A stretch of 64,000 bases of DNA from Paludibacter propionicigenes (lineage in GTDB: Bacteria; Bacteroidota; Bacteroidia; Bacteroidales; JAIFNL01). How positions within the stretch are numbered: the first letter of the stretch is position 1; each line of letters begins with the position of its first letter. Position numbers and translations under genes: made by a program. The stretch spans positions 1 through 64,000 of the forward strand of contig DYNA01000002.1 in the NCBI GenBank assembly GCA_020721325.1, given 5' to 3'. Shown piece by piece: positions 49,252-57,760 of this stretch. The notes beneath the pieces are model-generated. The model was not told the origin of the DNA, made no database searches, and worked only from the letters and a program-made list of their open reading frames with translations.

Positions 49252-50913
49252 ATGTGTTCAATTTTAGGAGTTTTTGAAAGCAAAAACGATGTGAGTTTGC
49301 TCAGAGAGCAAGCTCTTGACATGTCGCGCCGCATGCGACACAGAGGTCCGGATTGGTCGGGAATTTTTTCGTCAGAAAAAGCTATTTTGGCTCACGAACG
49401 GCTGTCGATTGTAGATGTTGTAAATGGAGCGCAGCCACTTTATTCAACTGATAAACAGATTGTTCTGGCTGTAAACGGCGAAATTTACAATCACGTAGAA
49501 ATAAGAAATCGCCTTGATTATCATTTTACAACCAACTCCGATTGCGAAGTAATAATACCGCTTTACTTACAAAAAGGAACAGATTTTTTTAACGAATTGA
49601 ACGGCATTTTTGCATTTGCATTATACGACCAAAATACTGATTCATACCTAATTGCACGTGACCCAATTGGAATTATTCCTCTTTATTACGGCAGAGATGA
49701 TAACGGTATTTTGTATGTAGCTTCGGAAATGAAAGCTTTGGTAAAATATTGCAATCAAATAGAGGATTTTCCTCCCGGACATTTTTGGTACAGCAAAACC
49801 GGAAAAATTGAACCGTATTATAAAAAAGCTTGGACAAATTTTGAAACTCTTGACATAAAAGAAACTGATATTCAAGCTCTTAAAGCGGGTTTAGAATCAG
49901 CCGTTCACCGTCAGTTGATGTCTGATGTGCCTTATGGCGTATTGCTTTCGGGTGGTTTGGATTCATCGGTTATTTCGGCTATTGCCAAAAAATTTGCGGC
50001 AAAACGCATCGAATCGAACGACACGAAAGAGGCTTGGTGGCCTCAGTTGCACAGTTTTGCCATTGGATTGAAAGATTCGCCCGACTTAGTGGCTGCTCGC
50101 AAAGTTGCCGAACACATTGGAACGGTGCATCACGAAATTAATTTTACCGTTCAAGAAGGTTTTGATGCCTTGCGCGATGTTATCTATCATCTTGAAAGTT
50201 ACGATGTTACAACCATTCGCGCCAGTACGCCCATGTATTTGATGGCGCGTGTAATCAAATCGATGGGAATAAAAATGGTTTTGAGTGGTGAAGGTGCCGA
50301 CGAAATGTTTGGAGGGTATTTATATTTTCATAAAGCTCCGAATGCCAAAGAGTTACACAATGAAACGGTGCGAAAAATCGGACAACTTTATAAATACGAT
50401 TGCTTGCGAAGCAATAAATCAATGGCGGCTTGGGGCGTAGAAAGTCGCGTTCCGTTTTTAGATTTGGAATTTTTAGATATTGCCATGAATATCAATCCTG
50501 AAGATAAATTACCAAGTAAATACAAAATTGAAAAATACATTTTGCGCAAAGCCTTTGAAGATTATTTACCCGAAAGTGTGGTTTGGCGGCAAAAAGAGCA
50601 ATTCTCTGATGGCGTAGGCTACTCCTGGATTGATGGTTTAAAAGCCAAAGCAGAACAGGAAGTTACTCAACATCAGTTAGATACGGCAAAATATCGTTTC
50701 CCGATAAATACTCCTCAAACCAAAGAAGAGTATTTATATCGGTCTATTTTTTCGGAGCTTTTTCCGAAAGACGATGCCGCTAAATGCGTTGCTTTTCAGG
50801 CATCTGTGGCTTGCAGCACGCCAATTGTGTTTGAATGGGACAAGTCGCTCAAAGAAATTATTGACCCTTCCGGCAGAGCGGTTAAAAATATTCATACCCA
50901 AAGTTATCAATAA
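49252..50913 (+). CDS. asnB: Asparagine synthase (glutamine-hydrolysing)
   Basis: MCSILGVF N-terminal Cys nucleophile and the SGGLDSS PP-loop; 553 aa. Confidence 0.9.
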   Translation: MCSILGVFESKNDVSLLREQALDMSRRMRHRGPDWSGIFSSEKAILAHERLSIVDVVNGAQPLYSTDKQIVLAVNGEIYNHVEIRNRLDYHFTTNSDCEVIIPLYLQKGTDFFNELNGIFAFALYDQNTDSYLIARDPIGIIPLYYGRDDNGILYVASEMKALVKYCNQIEDFPPGHFWYSKTGKIEPYYKKAWTNFETLDIKETDIQALKAGLESAVHRQLMSDVPYGVLLSGGLDSSVISAIAKKFAAKRIESNDTKEAWWPQLHSFAIGLKDSPDLVAARKVAEHIGTVHHEINFTVQEGFDALRDVIYHLESYDVTTIRASTPMYLMARVIKSMGIKMVLSGEGADEMFGGYLYFHKAPNAKELHNETVRKIGQLYKYDCLRSNKSMAAWGVESRVPFLDLEFLDIAMNINPEDKLPSKYKIEKYILRKAFEDYLPESVVWRQKEQFSDGVGYSWIDGLKAKAEQEVTQHQLDTAKYRFPINTPQTKEEYLYRSIFSELFPKDDAAKCVAFQASVACSTPIVFEWDKSLKEIIDPSGRAVKNIHTQSYQ

Positions 50914-51137
50914 ATAAATATATCTTTGAAGTGTTTAAAATAATTTTTTATGAATAAAAAAAGAGGCTTTTTGTCTCTTTTTTTATTTTAGTGAAAAAAG
51001 ATTTTCAGTTTTAAAAAAAATATCTATTTTTGCAACTCTTTTTCCTCCCTTTTTCCAAGTAAAAAGCAGATTCAATCTCGAATCTTAAAAAGTCTTTTAA
51101 AATTACATAATTATCTGATTTTTATTTTTTTACAAAA

Positions 51138-51899
51138 ATGAAAAAAACTTTAAAATTAAAAATTTTTGCAAGTTTTATGTTATTAACATTAATGCTTGCC
51201 GTAGCCGGAGCTATTTCTATCATCGAATTTCGGTGGCTCACAAATTCTGTAGAGAGCTTAATACAAGACAATTACAAATCAATTGAAGCATCAAAAAGCA
51301 TGTTGGAAGCTTTAGAAAGAGAAGACAGCGGAATTTTGCTTTTAATGCTGGGCGAATGGCAAGAAGGCACAACAATTATTCAAGCCGCAGACAGCAGTTT
51401 CATGGAAGCTTTAAAAATAGCCGAAAATAATTTAACGGAAGAAAATGAGGATAAATATATTAACAAAATTAAAGAAAATTATACCCAATTTAAGGAAAAT
51501 TGGCAACGCCCGATTGCAGAAACAGACAAACAAGGAAATTTACTTTGGTATAAAAATGAAAGCCATAAACTTTTTGCAAATACCAAAAATGCCGTTACCG
51601 AAATAATGAATTTAAACCAAAAAAGTATGTACAAAGAGGCTTCCGAGCTAAAAGAAAAATCGAAACGCGCCATTATGCACGGGATTGTTTCCATTTTAGC
51701 GGCTTTGATTTTTTCACTTTTGCTCAATTTTTTCATTACCCGCTATTTTGTACGCCCCATTTCTCAATTAAATAATGCAATTTTGCAATTGCAAGATGGT
51801 GAATATCAATTAGATGTGAGAATTAATTCAAACGATGAAATTAAAATGTTAGAAAAAAATATAAATAAACTTTTGAATAGAATTAAGCAAACATCATAA
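51138..51899 (+). CDS. Membrane sensor-like protein: periplasmic helical domain, TM and HAMP domain, no output domain
   Basis: TM1, a periplasmic helical segment of about 150 aa, TM2, then HAMP (RYFVRPISQLNNAILQLQDGEYQLDVRINSNDEIKMLEKNINKLLNRI). The ORF ends right after HAMP. Confidence 0.65.
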   Translation: MKKTLKLKIFASFMLLTLMLAVAGAISIIEFRWLTNSVESLIQDNYKSIEASKSMLEALEREDSGILLLMLGEWQEGTTIIQAADSSFMEALKIAENNLTEENEDKYINKIKENYTQFKENWQRPIAETDKQGNLLWYKNESHKLFANTKNAVTEIMNLNQKSMYKEASELKEKSKRAIMHGIVSILAALIFSLLLNFFITRYFVRPISQLNNAILQLQDGEYQLDVRINSNDEIKMLEKNINKLLNRIKQTS

Positions 51900-51911
51900 A
51901 ATCAGCAACTT

Positions 51912-53345
51912 ATGAAAAAGCAAATTATAATAAAACATATAGGCTATGTTTTTTTATTTAATGGAATTTTTTTATTTATCTCATTTTTAATTTCATTTTT
52001 TTTAAAAGAATCGTCCGTCCTTCCATTGCTTTTTAGCTCTTTTTTATGCGGAATTTTTGGAATTTTTCCGCTTATTTTTGTAGAACGAACCGAAAATTTA
52101 TCGTATGAAGAAGGTTTGATAATTGTTGTTTTTGGCTGGATAACTACTTGTTTGATAGGCATTTTACCCTACATTATGTGGGGAGGAGAATTTACCATAG
52201 CCAATGCGTGGTTTGAAAGTGTATCGGGCTTTACTACAACAGGTTCCACTATTTTGAACAATATCGAAGCCCTTCCCAAAGGTCTTTTGTTTTGGCGTTC
52301 ATCAACCCATTGGATAGGTGGAATTGGAATCATTTTGTTTGTATTGCTTATTTTGCCGCAAGCACGCGGAAATAGAATAAGTATTTATAATACCGAAATT
52401 TCAAGTTTATCGAAATTAAATTTTCGGGTAAAAACTAAAAAAATAGCACAAATTTTGGCAATTGTCTATTTGAGTTTAACCGTTGCGCAAACTACTTTAC
52501 TAATGGTCTTTGGCATGAATTTTTTCGACGCCATCAACCATTCTTTCGCTACCATTGCTACCGGTGGTTTTTCTACTAAAAATCTGAGCATTGCTGCGTA
52601 CAAAAGCTTAAATATTGAAGTTATTATAATGATTTTCATGGTTTTAAGTGGTATTCACTTTGGCTTACTTTACGGAACATTTACCGGAAGCAGAGAAAAT
52701 ATTTTCCGTTCGCCTTTGGTTCGAACTTTTATTTTAGTTTTGTTAATCGGAATTGTGTTGGTTTCATTAAAATTATATTATTCCGGTTATTTTAATTGGT
52801 GGGAATCAGTGCGATATGCTTCGTTTCAGGTCATTTCAGTAGGTACAACTACGGGTTTTGCAACCATTGATACAGCCAATTGGCCAATTTTTACACAAAT
52901 GGTTTTAATTTATTTTACCATTCAATGTGCCATGGCAGGTTCAACTTCGGGTGGATTAAAATTTGACCGTATATACATATTTTTCAGGTCATTAGCTAAA
53001 CAAATGAAAGTATTAAAACACCCTTTTGGCATATTTTCAACCAAGATTAACGGAAAAAAAATAGACGAAAAACTTGAAGAACAAACCATTGTTTTTATTG
53101 CTTTATATATCGTCATTTTTTTTATATCTTCTACACTTTTAACTTTCATGGACATTGACGGAATGACTGCATTTTCGGCATCTATCACCACTATAGGCAA
53201 TGTAGGACCGGGCTTTGGTGGCGTAAGTTCACTCGGAAATTTTGCCAACCTTCCCGATTTAGCCAAATATTTACTCTCAATTAATATGCTTTTAGGACGA
53301 TTGGAAATTTTTACTATTTTAGCATTATTTACAATCAAAAAATAA
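51912..53345 (+). CDS. trkH: TrkH/KtrB-family potassium transporter
   Basis: Multi-TM with repeated selectivity-filter-like GSTSGGLK/TTGF motifs; 477 aa. Confidence 0.85.
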   Translation: MKKQIIIKHIGYVFLFNGIFLFISFLISFFLKESSVLPLLFSSFLCGIFGIFPLIFVERTENLSYEEGLIIVVFGWITTCLIGILPYIMWGGEFTIANAWFESVSGFTTTGSTILNNIEALPKGLLFWRSSTHWIGGIGIILFVLLILPQARGNRISIYNTEISSLSKLNFRVKTKKIAQILAIVYLSLTVAQTTLLMVFGMNFFDAINHSFATIATGGFSTKNLSIAAYKSLNIEVIIMIFMVLSGIHFGLLYGTFTGSRENIFRSPLVRTFILVLLIGIVLVSLKLYYSGYFNWWESVRYASFQVISVGTTTGFATIDTANWPIFTQMVLIYFTIQCAMAGSTSGGLKFDRIYIFFRSLAKQMKVLKHPFGIFSTKINGKKIDEKLEEQTIVFIALYIVIFFISSTLLTFMDIDGMTAFSASITTIGNVGPGFGGVSSLGNFANLPDLAKYLLSINMLLGRLEIFTILALFTIKK

Positions 53346-53511
53346 TTTTTTTATAAAAAAATATAAATTATTTTTATTTTTTTTACAAAAAAACTTAGAA
53401 ATTAATAAATACGTTTTTTTATTTTCATTTTTATCTATTATATTTACAAAAAATGTTTTTTAAAGTTTAATAAAAATAATCTAAATTTTTTATCTCAATA
53501 AAAAAATAAAA

Positions 53512-54384
53512 ATGAAACAAAAATATCTCTTAATCACAATTTTAGCTATCGTAAGCTTTTCTTTTAAAAGCGACAATCCAGCTTATTTATTATACAATTA
53601 TAAAGGAAAACAAGCTGAATACGATAAAATGATAGAAGATTTATCCAAAGCAGATGTTGTTTTTTTTGGCGAATTACACACAGACCCCATTGCCCATTGG
53701 TTACAACTTGAAATCACTCAAGATTTTTTTGAATTAAAAAAACAAGACTTGATTTTAGGTGCTGAGATGTTTGAATCAGATAATCAATTACTTGTAAATG
53801 AATATCTTGCAGATTTCTACGACGACAAAAAATTTGAAGCCGAAGCCAAACTTTGGAACAACTACAAAACCGATTACAAGCCGGTTTTAGATTTTGCAAA
53901 AGCCAATCAATTGAAATACATTGCAACAAACATTCCTCGCCGATATGCTTCAATTGTGCATAAAAAAGGTTTTGAAGGACTTAAAGAACTCAGCCCCGAA
54001 GCTAAAGCACTGATAAGCCCAGACTTAGAACGACTCTACGATAAAGATGTAAAATGCTACGCCGAAATGTTGAACATGGCAGGCATGGGCGGACATGTAA
54101 ACGAAAATTTTCCAAAAGCGCAAGCTGCTAAAGATGCTACAATGGCACATTTCATTTTAAAAAACTGGCAAAAAGGCAAACTTTTTTTCCATTTTGACGG
54201 TGCTTACCACTCCGATAATTACGAAGGAATTGTTTGGTGGTTGAAAAAATTAAAACCCGAACTCAACATAAAAACCATTAGCACGGTTTACCAAAAAAAT
54301 ATTCAAGAATTAGATGAAAATAACAAGAACAGAGCCGATTACATTATTGCGGTTCCGGAAAATATGACTCAAACGCAACGATAG
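53512..54384 (+). CDS. ChaN-family lipoprotein (haem-binding uptake-associated family)
   Basis: Signal peptide; ADVVFFGELHTDPIAHW matches the ChaN/DUF399 N-terminal motif; 290 aa. Confidence 0.6.
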   Translation: MKQKYLLITILAIVSFSFKSDNPAYLLYNYKGKQAEYDKMIEDLSKADVVFFGELHTDPIAHWLQLEITQDFFELKKQDLILGAEMFESDNQLLVNEYLADFYDDKKFEAEAKLWNNYKTDYKPVLDFAKANQLKYIATNIPRRYASIVHKKGFEGLKELSPEAKALISPDLERLYDKDVKCYAEMLNMAGMGGHVNENFPKAQAAKDATMAHFILKNWQKGKLFFHFDGAYHSDNYEGIVWWLKKLKPELNIKTISTVYQKNIQELDENNKNRADYIIAVPENMTQTQR

Positions 54385-54521
54385 CCTACTCAGGTAAAAT
54401 AAAAAATAAAACGGTAAAAAAAAAGAATTAAATTTTGTATTTGTTTTTTAACAAAAAAGAAAAAATAGAACAAATACAAAATTTAATTCGCTAAATACAC
54501 ATTCAATAAATAACTTTTATT

Positions 54522-57500
54522 TCAAATTTTTATTCCAAAAACCAAAACATCGTCAATTTGTTCTAAATCGCGTTTCCATTTAATATAGGCTCTCTCTAAA
54601 ATTTCCTTCTGTTCCTTCATAGACTTGTCTTGAATGGATAAAAGCAACTCTTTAAATTGTTTTGCCTTAAATTTATCACCGATTTCTCCTCCAAATTGGT
54701 CAACATAACCATCTGAAAATGAGTACAATGTATCACCGCGTTGAATTTTAAAAGTTTGTGTAGAAAAAGGAATTTCTTTCATGTAAATTCCAATTGGCTG
54801 CCTGTCGGCTTTTAATTGGAAAAATTCATAAGCGTGCTCGTCTTTTGTTTCAACGGGTCGAATGATGTAAAGTGGATTATAAGCTCCTGAAAATAAGACT
54901 TCTAAGTTTTCAAAATCAATGATAGTCAAAGCTATATCCATGCCATCTTTCTGTTCTCCCGATTTTCCTTCTTGGTGCAGCGAAGTTTTAACTTTTTCAC
55001 GTAACTTGTCTAAAATAAAACCGGAATTTTTTATATTTTGCTCATTCACTATTTCATTTAAAAAAGCACTTCCCAACAAACTCATAAAGGCTCCGGGTAC
55101 ACCATGTCCAGTACAATCGGCAGCAACTACAACTACTTGATTATCAATCTTTTTCACCCAATAAAAATCGCCACTTACAATATCGCGGGGCTTATACATA
55201 ATAAAATGGTCGTATAAAATAGAATGAACATATTCGTCGGAAGGTAAAACGGCTTCCTGAATTTTTTGAGCATAACTAATACTATCAAGAATATGTTTTC
55301 GATGTTTATAAGCTATATCACGCTGTTCCTCAATATGTTTCTTGCTTTCATTAATTTCATAAGTTCTCTCCCGAACAATTTCTTCCAAAGCCTCTTTCTC
55401 TTTTGCAGAAGCACGCATTCGCCAGTCAAATAAAAGTTTTATGGTAATAATAAATACCAAAATATATATTAAAATTGCCCACCAACGTCTGAAAATAGGA
55501 GTCAAAATTTTAAAACTTAGAGTTGCTTTTTCGGCATTTAAGCCAAATTCATTTTTGGCTTCTACTACAAAAACATAATTTCCATCGGGTAAATTGGTAT
55601 AATCTTTCATTGCCGTAGAACTCCAATCAGATGTATCTTTGTCAAAACCCTGCAAATAATATCGGTATAAAATTTGTCCTTTGGCAGGAAACACGGGCAA
55701 AGTGTACTCAAAATGAAGGGAATTAAAATCGTAATTCAATTTAAGAACTTCGCCTTTTTTATTTTCAATTTGAAAAAAAGTATCTGCAAGAATACTCGAA
55801 AATTTTGTAATGAGCGTTTTAAATTGATTTGAATAATTATAGGGTAAAGTATTGTTTACTAAAACGATACCTTCTTTTCCACCCAACCATAATTTATTTG
55901 TTGAAACATCTTTGAAAAAAGTATTAACTTGAAAATCTGTAATGGGCTTGAATACAGTATGATAAGTATGTCTGTTTTGTTTTTGTTTTTCGGCATCGAA
56001 AGTAAAAATATAAGAATTGCGTAGTTCACCATTTGTTATAAAAAACTCATTTTCAGACATTTGTATAAAATTCCCTATCCATTGCTGATACGAAGTAGTA
56101 TCGCTTTTCATTAAATTATAATTTTCTAAACGCATATTTTTCCAATCGATTGAAAATAAACCTTTTTCACTTGAAAAGAAAACATCTTCTTGAAAATTGT
56201 TTAAGTGAAATGTAATAACATCTTCGTTGGTTTGAATTGTTTCAATTCGCTGTTTTTCAATATCATAAGTAATTATTCGATTGGGTAAAATTTCAAAAAT
56301 TAAATGAGAACCATACTCCGCCATTTTATTAACATCGCCCAGTAAATTATTGATTTGCTGAACAATTTTTATCTCTGGTTTTGAAATATCAATAATATTA
56401 CACGCCTGAGTATGAGCAGAATATATCCAGTTTGAATTTATTTTTGATTGCAAAAGTGAAAAAGTAAATTCGTTTATTGATGTTTTATTTAATTTATTGT
56501 TGCTATTTAATACGTAAATTCCATTTGAACATGATATAAACATCTGATTATTAGCTACTAATAAATCTGTACAAGCATATTTAATATCTGAATTTTTTTG
56601 AAATTTATCGTTTTGCAAATGAAACAATCCATTGGTAGTAGCAATAAAAATTAAATTATTAAACTCTTGAATATCAACAACTTCACCTTCTAAACCCGAA
56701 GTAATATTATTAAAAAACTGTATGGGAAAATTTATTTCTACCTTTGAAATACCATCACTTGTAGCTAACCAAATTGAATTTTTGGCATCTAAAAAAACTT
56801 TATTAACCGTTTCACTTTGCAAATCAGAGGTTTTATCAATTATTTGAACTACAACACCTGAATTGTTTACAATCACCATTCCCCCAGAAAGTGTTCCCAA
56901 AGCATAAAAATTTTCAGATGCCTTTACAACGCTTGAAACTCCATGCGTTTTTAAATAATCGCTAAGTAATATTTGCATAGGAGTCAAAGAATTATCTTTC
57001 AAAACATAAAATCCTTGTTTTGAGGTAATTACAGCAATACTACTATCCGAAGTAAGCTCTATCATATCCACAACATCGTAAAGTTTTTCCTCAAAATTTA
57101 CCGGAATTTTAGCCACTTTTTTATTTTTAAAAATAGCCAATCCGTCATTCTGCGGAAATTCATTATCTTCCGAAAATAAATACAAAACATCTTTTATTCC
57201 AAAAGCCGAACGAATTTTTGATTTGAATTTGAAAATCGAAAGTTTTTTATTTTCATAAATAAACATTTTATCTTCTTCAATAAAATACTGGGTATTTTTT
57301 ATACAAACGACTTTAAAAATACGCCCAACATCTTGATTTTTAAGAGAATCAGCAAGTGAAACAAAAGATAGATTTCCAAATTTATCGTGTTGTAAAAAGC
57401 CAAAATCGGATAATCCTCCGGCAAAAATGACACCATGCTCGTTTTTTGCCAGCGACAATACACGCATTCCGCTATTCATGGCTATTTTTGTCCATTTTGT

Positions 57501-57746
57501 ACCATCAAATTCTAAAATTCCGGCAAAATTTGCAAAATACATTTTGCCGTTTTTAGCTTGAAGAACATCATAATTTTGCTCATGCGATTGATACTGTTTT
57601 GTAGTAAAATTTAATACAAATGGACTCGCATTTTCGCGTGTAAAATTCTGAGCTGCAAGGTTTAACACTAAGAATATTAAAAAAATTTGCAGCTTTATTT
57701 TTAAAATTATAGTTTTCATACGATATTTTCTACAAAAAAAAATCAA
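54522..57746 (-). CDS. Sensor protein: N-terminal two-component-regulator beta-propeller repeats, TM helix, C-terminal PP2C/SpoIIE phosphatase domain
   Basis: 1074 aa; long periplasmic repeat region, TM (WWAILIYILVFIITIKLLF), coiled coil, then DFYWV...AADCTGHGVPGAFMS...FSDGYVDQ (SpoIIE/PP2C metal-binding motifs). Confidence 0.75.
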   Translation of the reverse strand: MIFFCRKYRMKTIILKIKLQIFLIFLVLNLAAQNFTRENASPFVLNFTTKQYQSHEQNYDVLQAKNGKMYFANFAGILEFDGTKWTKIAMNSGMRVLSLAKNEHGVIFAGGLSDFGFLQHDKFGNLSFVSLADSLKNQDVGRIFKVVCIKNTQYFIEEDKMFIYENKKLSIFKFKSKIRSAFGIKDVLYLFSEDNEFPQNDGLAIFKNKKVAKIPVNFEEKLYDVVDMIELTSDSSIAVITSKQGFYVLKDNSLTPMQILLSDYLKTHGVSSVVKASENFYALGTLSGGMVIVNNSGVVVQIIDKTSDLQSETVNKVFLDAKNSIWLATSDGISKVEINFPIQFFNNITSGLEGEVVDIQEFNNLIFIATTNGLFHLQNDKFQKNSDIKYACTDLLVANNQMFISCSNGIYVLNSNNKLNKTSINEFTFSLLQSKINSNWIYSAHTQACNIIDISKPEIKIVQQINNLLGDVNKMAEYGSHLIFEILPNRIITYDIEKQRIETIQTNEDVITFHLNNFQEDVFFSSEKGLFSIDWKNMRLENYNLMKSDTTSYQQWIGNFIQMSENEFFITNGELRNSYIFTFDAEKQKQNRHTYHTVFKPITDFQVNTFFKDVSTNKLWLGGKEGIVLVNNTLPYNYSNQFKTLITKFSSILADTFFQIENKKGEVLKLNYDFNSLHFEYTLPVFPAKGQILYRYYLQGFDKDTSDWSSTAMKDYTNLPDGNYVFVVEAKNEFGLNAEKATLSFKILTPIFRRWWAILIYILVFIITIKLLFDWRMRASAKEKEALEEIVRERTYEINESKKHIEEQRDIAYKHRKHILDSISYAQKIQEAVLPSDEYVHSILYDHFIMYKPRDIVSGDFYWVKKIDNQVVVVAADCTGHGVPGAFMSLLGSAFLNEIVNEQNIKNSGFILDKLREKVKTSLHQEGKSGEQKDGMDIALTIIDFENLEVLFSGAYNPLYIIRPVETKDEHAYEFFQLKADRQPIGIYMKEIPFSTQTFKIQRGDTLYSFSDGYVDQFGGEIGDKFKAKQFKELLLSIQDKSMKEQKEILERAYIKWKRDLEQIDDVLVFGIKI

Positions 57747-57760
57747 AATTTAATATCATT

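Noticed and set aside
50935-50990. Possible terminator after asnB (aaagaggctttttgtctcttttttt)
   Set aside because: The stem is only about 5-6 bp with mismatches, too weak to call.
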